Assembly: GCA_029717555.1 (NCBI GenBank)
Contig: JAMDHS010000004.1
Coordinates: forward strand, 124,001 to 188,000
Origin: Peribolospora baueri
Lineage: Eukaryota
Length of the DNA stretch: 64,000 nt
Direction of reading: 5' to 3'
Position numbers and translations under genes: made by a program. Positions 53,660 to 63,600 of the stretch are shown piece by piece (within the stretch, counting starts at the first letter, position 1; every line of letters begins with the position of its first letter). The notes beneath the pieces are model-generated. The model saw nothing but the letters and a program-made list of their open reading frames with translations. It ran no database searches and was not told where the DNA came from.

Positions 53660-55610
53660 ATGCCACACTTCCCATCTTGGTTGCCGCCCTCCAGTACTCC
53701 GGCATCCATGGACAGCTCACCCCTTCCCGCTGGCTCACCAGAGGACGCCTCGTCGCGTCCTCGACCCGGCCCGCCGCCGTCGACGTCGACGGCGAGCATG
53801 ATGGACGTCAAAGTGCTCTACGCCCTCTCTTCCCACCCCGCCTCTCACACCCTCATCGCCCGCCTGGACCGCCCAGTCCTCGTCGAGTGTTTGGGCCCTC
53901 GACGAACACCCCTCGCTCGGCTACCTCAGGCGGAAAACTATCCGCCGTTAACTTCGGACGTGCGACCGACCGACCACCCGAGTGGCAGCCCACGCATCGG
54001 CAGGGTCGCGTTGAAGCACTGCCTCAGCGCCGTGTGCATGGCGAGGTCAGAAAGCCGCCCTTTTTTCTTTCGCCAAGTCGTCTTCCTGTTTCCGATCGCC
54101 CAACTCAACCTTCCCTTCCCTTATCTTCTCTTCTCTTCTCTTCTCTTCTCTTCTCTTCCCATTCCCTCCTTCCTCTTTGTCCACGCAGCCCAGAACTCGT
54201 GCTCGACCGTTCACGCGACTACACGCTCTACGCGCTCGACCACGAGGAGACGTATCGAAAATCGAGGCGCGCATCCAAACGCGCCGCACCGACGACCACC
54301 ACACCCGACCCGTCCTCCGACTTCAACTCCGCCTATGCCAACGGCGCAGGTTCGCCCTCCCTCCCGTCTTCGCCCAGCAGTCCTCGCGTATCGAGCAATT
54401 ATCTCGTCGGAAAGGGTATGCTCAGCTGGGTCATGGCCGAGCCGGGAGAGGGACACAGTCTCGTCAGCGGAAAGATTGTGGGGACGGCGGCGGAGGAGGA
54501 TGAGGAGCTTGAGATCGTGCTAAAGCTCAACGAGGTGAGTGAGCCATCGGCCGTCGAGCTTTGGGTCCCTTGTCGTCCATGACGGCATCACCGCAATCGC
54601 TGAACGAAACGCGCGTCTCTTCCGTCGCGTCGACCCGCAGACTCAGTCCTTCACCAAATCACAATACCTCTCTTCCATCCGCTCCTGGACTTCGGGAACG
54701 ACTCTCCCGGGCGCTTCTCCTCCCGTGTTTCGAGCCTCACCTTCCAGCGTCGGCCCCACGCCGCCGTGCGTCATGGACGCTGACACTCCCGGCGACCTCA
54801 CCGCACCCTACGGTGCGCCCAGCCTTGAGTCTCGAGAGCAGCCCCTTCATGACCAAGACCGAAGGAGGAATTCGGCTGTCACCACCACCGCTGCTGCAAA
54901 CGTTATTACGTCGAGCATGCCGCCAACGGCCAGCACGGACTTTGCTCCTCCCATCATGTCCTCCAGCCCGCTCAACTCTATCATGGACCTCCCATGCCTC
55001 GACGACGCCTCCTCCTGTTACGAGAATGGCCCTTCCGCCGTTCTGCCGCCGCCGCGGATCTCCAAGACGAGCCCCGCTGCCCCTTCTCTTCCCCCTTCCG
55101 CCGCCTTGGCCACGTCCGCGTCAAGTCCCGCTGCTGGCGGGGGCCAGGAGACGCCTCTCTTGACCGCCTTGCTGCACCTTTTGTCGGGCGCCGGAACTAC
55201 GGCGTCTTCTCCATCCGCCTCTGGTGTGGAACGAACAAACTCTGTATCGGACCCTTCTGGCTCTGGCTCCGGTTCGGGTTCGGGATCAGGGCAGGCTGGT
55301 TCTACTTCCCGTCGGGCATCGGAGAAGGACAGGAACAACACCGGAAAGCAAGGGAGGGGGAGGCCGAAATCAAGCGCCAAGGGCGGTATACGTGAGTGGT
55401 TGTACGACTCTTGTCTGATCGAGTCCCCTCTTCGTGCGCCTTCCTCTGGATCACTCACGCTCGTCCGTCCCCTTTTGCCGTTCAGCTTTCTGCCACAATT
55501 GCGGGACCACGAAGACGACGACTTGGCGACGACATCCTGACTTTGACAGCAGTAAGATTTGTAACGGTGAGAGCACATTTTATGGTCATGTCATAGCAGA
55601 CTCGTCTTTG

Positions 55611-55649
<39 letters not shown>

Positions 55650-57238
55650 CTTCGAGTATCTCTTCTCGCGTGCTCTGGTCTCATCTACTCCGTTCGACGG
55701 ACACCAACGCTGACAGAGATGGGCGGGCTGCTTGCGCATGTGCTTTTGACCCTTCAGCTTGCGGTCTCTATTTCAAAAAGACTTCCAGGAACCGTCCTCC
55801 CACGCTCTGGGGTTCTAACTCTCGTTCCGACCCCGTCGTGCCACCACCACCACCGCCTGCGCAACCATTTGCACCGTCTGCTATCGTCCCCCCACCTTGC
55901 AGCGAAGCGGACGCCTCTAGGGCGCCAGGAGGACTTGGCAAAAGCAACGGCGGCGGGCGCGGCGAAGAGATAGTCACGCCACCACTAAACCAGTCGCCAT
56001 GGCGCCGCCGCAAGGCTAAGGCAGGCGGCGGCGGTGGCGCGACGAAGGGCCTGAAGCGGACGTTAAGCGAGGTAGTCGAGGGCGAGGCGACGCGGAGGAG
56101 GAAGAAGGCGGCCGCGCTAGGGAAGGAAGGCGGTTCGAAAAAGAAGCATCAGCCCTCGTCGGGATCGGGAACGGGATCCGCCTCGGGGCAGGGACAGGGA
56201 CAAGGACCGGGGACGCCAACGTCGGAACGCAATGGCGGTTCGTCGCTGGCAGGCATCCAGAAGGGACGGATGACGTTCGCGTCGGCCGTGTCCCTGACGA
56301 GTCCGATCCGAGACTCGTCGCACTCGCATTCGCCGTCTACGCTGCATGTACACTCCAACGCCAGCGCGCTCACAAGCACCCTGAGCGTGCGAGGCGCGAG
56401 CACGCCTGCGCGGTCGTCGAAAGACAAGGACAGGGACGGAGGACGGATGGGATACGGGCATTGTTGGCCGTTCATCGACTCGCCCGGGCCGTTCACCTCG
56501 CCCAACAGCACTTTTTTCTTCAGCCCCGGCCGGACCGGGTTCACGCCTTTGGGCATGACGCCCCGGTCGTCGGCCAGGATCCTCGGTCTGGCCTCCTCTT
56601 CCGCTCGTTCATCTCCCACCGCCGCGTTTAGCTTGAGCGGCGGCGGTGGCGGCGTCGGGGGGGTAACGACGTCGAGCCCTCCATTGCTAACGCCGCGAGA
56701 AGGAGGAGGAGGAGGGGGTAGCAGCAGCCCGTCGCGCGGGTGGGGCAACCTGTTCGCCAGCCCGTCCAAGCTCAAGATGCCATCCCATCTAATGGCCGCC
56801 ACCTCTCCCGGCACGGCCCTGAGCGCCATGTTCAGCGAGACGGACGCCGAGTTTGGCGAGCTCGGCCACGCCCACGACCAGTCCACCACCGCCACCGCCA
56901 CCGCTCACACGCAGTCGGGGACGGAGACGCCGTTGACGCCGGGCGAGTGGGCAGAAGACGATGACGGCTGGCAGCTGTGTCCTGGTCAAGGAAGCGGCGG
57001 GGGCGGCGGCGGGGGTGGGGAGAAGGACGTGGAAAGAGGCCGCCGGACGAATCGCGCCGGTGCCGGCGTCGGTGGTGGTGCGGACGGGGACGTGAACGCG
57101 GCAGGGGCGAGGGCGAGGCAGGACGGCAGTCCGACGCCGGCTTCGAGGACGGTCCGGCGGTCGCCGAGGTCCAAGATGGTCCGTCGCCCTGACGTGACGG
57201 CGACGGCGGGCGGGCGGGGATACGAAGTAGGAGCTTGA
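53660..57238 (+). CDS. Ams2/Spt21-like protein with a GATA-type zinc finger, multi-exon
   Basis: N-terminal MDVKVLYAL...LIARL...IGRVALKHCLSAVCMASPELVLDRSRDYTLYALD resembles the Spt21/Ams2 N-terminal region. Spliced finger [34 protein letters not shown]; long S/T-P-rich C-terminus. Confidence 0.78.
55615..55647. repeat. Poly-T run inside the intron that interrupts the GATA finger
   Basis: About 33 consecutive T. Confidence 0.9.
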
Positions 57239-58186
57239 AGGAAGGAGGGCGCCGGCGTTGTCTTTCGATTCGTACACGTTCTCGCTCACTGACCTTGACC
57301 TTGAACGAGCGAGCGGGCGGTCGGCGAAAGGAGCGAAAGGGTATATATGTATGTATATATGTCGACATTCGACTCGACTCGACTCGTTTAGCTGGGCCGT
57401 GGAACTCGACTCGCTCGCTCCGATCCAGTCATCCGTCCACACGCCCGCACGCACGCACGCACGTCACAAAGGCGAGAGACAGACATATAGATCGATCAAA
57501 TCATTCGATTCGTCACGTTCATGTCAAAGAAAGAGTAAGGCCATCGCAAAACAAAACAAAACGAGCCCAGCCGAGGATGGACAAGGAATGGATGGACACG
57601 TACGGACCGCGGGAAGCCCCATGTGATAGGTAGGTAGGCAGGTAGGGAGGGAGGGAGGATGGAGGGAAACGGGGAGCGAAACGATCTGCCACCGAGACTG
57701 GACTGCAGCGATGAAGACGAGGAGCGAGGCGAGGCGAGGCAAGGCGAGGGCCTGAAGGGCAGGGCACAAGCGGAAAGGCGGGGATAAACAAGCGTGGGGG
57801 TCATGATCGAATAGAAGAGTGGGGTAGCTAGGAATACAAAAGGTTCGTCAGAAAGGTGTGTTGTGTTTGTGTAAGGGGTTGAGATGACGTAAAAAAAAAA
57901 ACTTCGCCACGGCGGGGTTCGTAGTGGCGGAGCGAAAAAATGGGAAGCGAAAGCGAAGAGAAGGGGAGAAAAAAAAGAGACAGAGAAAGGCGGGAAACCA
58001 GAGACACCGACCTCCCGTTGGGAAGGCAGGGGAGGGCCGATTTCCTCCTCCCGGATCCAGAGAAAGGGAGATCGATCATTCCGAGTTGAGAAGAGACGGG
58101 AGACGGACGACGGAGGCGCTTGACGAACGGAGGCGCTTGACGGACGGTGATGGCGGAGGACGGGAAGAGCGAAAGCGGCAAAACAT

Positions 58187-61100
58187 TCAGTAGCCGCCGT
58201 AGGCCGATGACGGCCGATGATATCCGGATCTGGGCGCGGCGAGGTAACCGTTAGCGGCGAGCTGGGCCTCGCTCGCGGCGGCGGGGTCGAAGTACTGCGG
58301 CTGCCGGTCGCCAAAGCTGGAGAGGCTGCTCACGCTGCCGCCGGACACGGAGTGGGCATGGGGGCGGTGGCCTCTGGTGAAGGAAGCGTAAGGCATCGGG
58401 ACCGACGGCGAGGGCGAGCGGAACTCGTGCGACTTGGAGCCATGATGGCCCGTATGGCGGTCTAGCTCGTTGCGACCATAGTCTCCCAACTCCTGACGGT
58501 ATGCTTTCTCGTAGTCCTTGCTCGTACCGAAGCGATCCCTGGGGAGAAAGAAGGAGAAGCGGAGAAGGAAGAAGGGAGTCGGTCAGCGAAGGCGATCGGT
58601 GCAGGGCAGGTCAACGGCGTTCGACTGCTCACTCGGTGATGCCCATGGGCGTTGGCGTATGGCTTCCCCTGGACAAGTCCTCCAGCTGTTCACGACGACG
58701 GTACGGGCCATGAAAGTCGTCGTATCCCTTGTTCTTCCACCTCTTCCACCACTTTTTGTCTCGGTCGGCAAACAGCGCAAGCTCACGGAGGTAAGCCTGG
58801 TGCTCGCCGCGGACCGCGTCGTCAAAAAGGTGCGAATAGCTGGGCATGCTGGCGAGGTAACCGGGCGAAAAGGGCCCGGGGAAGAAGCTGCCCGCACCGA
58901 CTCCACCGAAGGAGCGACGGCGGTGGCGATGCGGGTAGGCCGAGGCGACGACCGAGCCTCCCGAGCCGTCCGGCACCATGAGCGTCGCGCCGCTGCCGAC
59001 GGCAGAGCCGGCGTATCCCGGGAACGGGGCGGGATAGCTCCAGGATTGCGACGGCATATAGCTGGCGACAGGGCCGGTAGAGTGCCAGTAAGGGTTCCAG
59101 CCCCCACTGTGAAAGCCACTGTATCCGCCAAACTCGTTTCCGTAGCCGCCGTAGTAATTGTCCTGGTAGGGGGAACGACGGTGGTGGATGATTTCAGTCT
59201 CACCACCGTGGTGGTGTCCATCCAGGTCGTGGTGTCGATGATGATGATGGCCGCGACGATCGCCAGCGATGAAGTCGGAGACGGCGTCGAGGGCGTTGGA
59301 GATGATGCCTCTGTCCTCTTCCTCGTGTTCGTGCTCGTGGTGATGGTGACCCATGCTGTGAGCCATGAGCCTGCCTCGGCGCTCGTATCTGGGGAATCGG
59401 AGAATGCGATCGCAATATTGTAATGGGACGGTCGATCGAGTCGAGCGGTTCGGATGGCGAAACGACGATCGCGTAAGGGTGGTCGGTGGATGATGGCACG
59501 ATGATGAAGAGAGTCGATGCAAAGGGGAAAAAAAAAGAAGAGAAAAGAAAAATTTCGACGAGACCAGCCAGTCGAATCATAGGACGACGGATGCGGCGTA
59601 AGCAGACGGGGCGTATGACGAGGCAGCGTAGACGGAGGGCGTGTACGCAGAGGCGGCGTAGGGGTGTCCGTAAGCAGAGGCGGCGTAGGAGTGTCCGTAA
59701 GCAGAGGCGGCGTACGGATGTCCGTAGGCGGAAGCGGCGTACGGGTGTCCGTAGCCATAAGGACGAGCGTAGCCGTAGCCGTAACCGCCGTGGCCGTAAC
59801 CGCCGTAGCCGTAGGGTTGAGGATAATAGCCGACACCGCCGAAGGGCGCGTTGACACCGACGAAGGCGGAGCGCGAGTAGCGGTGGCACCCGGGGCAGCC
59901 ATAGCGGCGGCGGCGGTGGTGACAGGATCCAAAACCAAACATATCGTCGAAGAGAGAAGAGTTGTGGTAGTACAACGAGGGCATCAATCAGCCGTCAAGG
60001 CGTAAAAGAGTCGTGAAAATATCGTGCGGGGCGGTCGAGACGAGGTGCAGAAAGAGAAAAGAGGGGGGAAAGAGGAAAAGTGACAGTTTATATGGTGAGC
60101 AGAGTGACATGTGCAGATTGTCTCGAGACCGCCCTAGCCATCAGCCGAACCGCGTGCCCTTCTGGCCTTGCCCGTGCGGCGGCGGTGCAATGCTGAGCTG
60201 CAGTCGCGCCGCCCATCTGCACAGCCAGGCGCCGTTCCGCTTGCCCGCACGATGACGCAGGCTCCGACAACGAGCATGGACGCGTCACGCGCAAACGGCC
60301 GTAGGCGCACGGTGATCGGAAGTATAACCGGCGCGGCTAACCGGCCACCTCCCACAGTAGGCGAGTAGGCGCGAGGCACGGCGGGCATGGACGAGGCGTC
60401 GTCCATTTGAACTACGAATACTCACTCGTCAAATATGGCCTGATTCATTCTCGGGTCCTCCCAAGTCGAATAGGGCGGGGTCTCCAAAACGTTGACCTGC
60501 AGGTAGGGAGGGTCGGCACCCGATCCGAACATCCGAGAATGTCCGAAATGAGCGTACTGCGGAAACGGCGATCGCCGGAGAAATAGGCCCGGGCCAAGAT
60601 AACGCTCTGGGAACAGGTGTCACTCACGAAGTAGGGCCGAGCGTATGTGGGATCCCATTCCTGGACCCAGCCTGACGAAAGCGAGGCGAGCGATTCGTAG
60701 CAAGGGGGAGGGGAGAATACACCTGGTCAGCATCGATCCAAGCTCGCCTGAATGGTCCAGTGCGCGACGGCATGTGTGAAGTGGAAACTCGTTCGCGAGT
60801 CGCTCCTTCCGTCCCCCGGGCTGGCGACTCACCGGTAGGAAGCCTTCTCCCGCCGATGCCCACGACGCCGGACACGACGCCGGGGTATCCGCCGCTGGGC
60901 GCCAGGCTGGGGGGAGGAGCATAGATGGTGGACATGGTGGCGGCGCTCTTGGTAGTAGTGGTGGACTTTGGAGAGTGAGATCGACGTTTACGACGACCGA
61001 AGAGAGGGGGGAAGAGGGGTTCGGGGAGAGACGAGGACGGCGGAGAGTGTCGTCTCCTGTGATCGAACTGAGGGCGATACTCGGGTGGTTCAGGTCGGAG

Positions 61101-61548
61101 TGGAAGTGAAGATGGGGGAGGGCGTCGCCTCCGGTGGTCGAAATGGACTGTCCTTGCGGCCGATTTGCGAGGGTGGACGTCTGCAAAGGGGGGGCATACG
61201 AACGATGGGGTGTGCGGTCAGCTGCCAGGAGAGCACACGTGGCAAAACGTTGGAGAATGGCACAAAGGGGACGAGCAACGCACCTGGATAGGCGCCAGGC
61301 GGGTTTGGGGAGGAGGTGTGGTCGTGACAAGAGGTGGAGCAAGTGCAAGTGCGAGAGAAGCGGGAAGATGAATCGGACCAAGAAGGCGAAGGGCGGGAGG
61401 AGGCACAAGAGGCGGCACAAGAGGGACCGCAAAAGGAATGGCAGAGTGACGACGGTGATCGAGAGCCGCGTTGATCATGGTGCGAAGGCGGTGGTACGAG
61501 GGCGGTGACGAGATGGGCGGCGAGGGAGAGCCAAACGGAGTAGGTCAT
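58187..61548 (-). CDS. WW-domain protein with His-rich and Gly/Tyr-rich regions (~611 aa). Proposed exons: 61548-61284, 61180-60833, 60671-60628, 60496-60426, 59388-58633, 58538-58187
   Basis: Three exons splice in frame to LPTGWVQEWDPTYARPYFVNVLETPPYSTWEDPR (WW consensus). All five introns are GT(GAGT/GCGT/GAGC)...CAG and keep the frame; exon lengths sum to 1836 nt. A second strong ATG (gccgccaccATG) lies in frame at 60935. The 1037-nt intron 4 is inferred. Confidence 0.75.
59577..59984 (-). CDS. Small Tyr/Gly/Ala-rich repeat protein (135 aa, or 121 aa from ATG 59942), nested in proposed intron 4 of the WW-domain gene
   Basis: Uninterrupted ORF with C-ending codon bias, a CHHRRRRYGCPGCH motif, GYGGYG tracts and 4 x YGH(P/S)YAASA with mostly synonymous variation between units; TATAAA about 100 nt upstream. 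Confidence 0.72.
   Translation of the reverse strand: MPSLYYHNSSLFDDMFGFGSCHHRRRRYGCPGCHRYSRSAFVGVNAPFGGVGYYPQPYGYGGYGHGGYGYGYARPYGYGHPYAASAYGHPYAASAYGHSYAASAYGHPYAASAYTPSVYAASSYAPSAYAASVVL
59646..59753 (-). repeat. 4 x 27-nt coding tandem repeat (YGHPYAASA)
   Basis: tacggacacccgtacgccgcttccgcc / tacggacatccgtacgccgcctctgct / tacggacactcctacgccgcctctgct / tacggacacccctacgccgcctctgcg. Confidence 0.95.
60087..60100 (-). promoter_or_regulatory. Adjacent GCTCAC (branch-point-like) and TATAAA (TATA-box-like) motifs followed by a pyrimidine tract
   Basis: Minus strand reads gctcac-ca-tataaa-ctgtcac-ttttcctctttcccccc...; function inferred only from consensus match and position. Confidence 0.5.
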
Positions 61549-61583
61549 GGTGAGCGCGTCCCCGGGAGAAGGAGAATAAAGGG

Positions 61584-61620
61584 AGACGAGACGAGACGAG
61601 ACGAGACGAGACGAGACGAG
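61584..61620. repeat. (GAGAC)n pentamer microsatellite upstream of the WW gene start
   Basis: About 7 tandem units; other short pentamer repeats occur at ~54125 (CTCTT), ~57723 (GCGAG) and ~45868 (GTGAC). Confidence 0.85.
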
Positions 61621-63600
61621 TAGAATGGACGGGATAGAGGCGACGGCAAGGAGGACAGCGAGGGACAGAGGAGTAGGACGCTCGTCGTCGAAGAGGGACG
61701 ACGGAGGGCAAACAAAATATATGCATCAAGGACGCCACGGGGACGGAGGACGAGCGGGTAGAGAGGGCGCCGAGCATCCAGCCCAGCATCGTTGGAGGAT
61801 GCTGTGTGTGCCCGACCCCGTCTGCCGCATCTTTCGTCATCTCTCCCGTCCCGGAGAGAGACCGGGTGGATGGGGCAGAGGGAGCGCAAGAGAGAGTGTG
61901 TGCGAGAGAGGAGAGAGACACAACGCGTCCTCCCGGTGTCTGGCGAGAGAGGAGGAGGGGAAGAAAGACAGCGTCTCCATCTCCGTCCTCCGTCCCCTCG
62001 CCTCGCCCCGGAGATCGTCCTTCGTCTCCGTCCGTCCGTTCGTCGTGGATGGATAGCAAGCTGATCGGAATATGAAAATGAAGCGCGTCACCGCATCCCG
62101 GCGGTTCGATGGACCCTGAATGTGGGACACCCAACGTCCAATCCGCCCGTCCCCCGCAGTACCGGTAGGCGAAGGAAAGACGGGATGAGGTGTGATGACG
62201 CACGCTGTCTTATCGCTGGCGACTGACACCTCTTCGTTCCCGATCACATCACACCTCCGGCGGTCGTCGTCGTCGCCGGCGGCAGCATGGCTCCAAGCCA
62301 GGCCATCACTCGATCGACCTGAATCACAGCAGCGCGCGCCTCCCCTCGCTCGTCTCGTCTCGTTCGTCACTCACTCACTCACTCGCTCGCTCACCTGATT
62401 AGGGAAAAAGGGGCGGATGCCGATGCGGAGCGCTCGGTTCCTGATTCACGCGCAGGTCCGGTCGGTCCGGTGCGGTGAAAGTGGGCGGCCGATCGACTGG
62501 ACTGGACTTGGCCTAGACTGGATCGGTGCGGGATGTTGGTGTGACTGGGTGGCTCAATGTGTTCCAAGGCGATGGAGGGCCTGGGAGGACGGCGACGGAA
62601 GTGCAAGTAGGCACGCAATTGGCAATCGAATCGAGGGGGGGTTGTCTCGGGCTGCGGAGCGGCGGGCAGGTGGGGTGGCGGGCTGGTCCAAAACGAAAAG
62701 GATGGAAGGGTGGGTGTGAGACAGGGAGCGAATAGGAAGGAGCGGTGAGATCCACACACCTCGTTTTGTTTGTGTCTTTTTTTTCTTTTCGTTTCGGGTT
62801 TGGGTGGGATGGATGGAGGAGGGAGGGATGAAGGATGGATGGATGGGCTGGAGCGGGTGTAGAGAGATAGAGCGAAGTGTCCGACGACGCGTGCGTGGCG
62901 ACGACGAGGCGACGACGACGGCGACCGACGGCCTGGAGCGGCCTAACGACCAACTGGCCTTGGCTGGCTGGCGGCCCAGCGGACTGGACTCCGACTGGAC
63001 TGGCCTCGACTCGACTGACTGGCCGGCCTGACCGACCCGACCAACGACGGCCTCGGCCTCCGCCGTCCAGCCGTCTCCCGCGTGCTCGCCGCAGTTGCCC
63101 CCGCCCTTCTCCTTCCATCCGACCACGTTCCCTCCGACGCCGACTCCGGTCCACTGTATGTACGCAAACAAGTACAAGGAGGGAGAGGGAGGGAACGCTT
63201 GGCCAGCCGTCGTCCTCTATCCTATCCTTGTCGTGTCGTCCCGTCCGACGCCGAGGCCACCCATCCTCGTTTCTTCTCGTTTCTTCTCTTCTCTTCTTCA
63301 GTCACCGCGGGCGGGCAGGCATCGTCAGACGAAAGCCACGTCACGTCACGTCGCGCGCGACCGTACATCGATTGGATTTTACCCACTTCCCGTGGAAAAA
63401 ACAAAAGAAATGAAAAAAGGGAGAGGAGTAGAGCAAGGTCGAAGACCGGCGGAAGGAGGAGAAAATAAGAAAGACCACGTTTCGGACCGTGCGATGGGAG
63501 GAGAAGGAACAGGTACACGTACACGTACGCGTACGGGTACGGTCAGTGGACGAGACACCAACCAAACCAGGCCAGTTCCTCTCTCTTCCACCCGTTCCAT

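Noticed and set aside
59577..59579. In-frame TGA as a selenocysteine codon
   Set aside because: No redox-motif context, no SECIS recognised, and Dikarya are not known to have Sec machinery; the tRNA in the window is an ordinary Ser(GCU)
59646..59753. 27-nt repeats as a CRISPR-like array
   Set aside because: No unique spacers, eukaryotic context, and the units are in-frame coding repeats
58518..59938. Overlapping ORFs 58583-59938 (-), 58518-59423 (+) and 59486-59854 (+)
   Set aside because: Alternative-frame or antisense shadows of biased coding sequence
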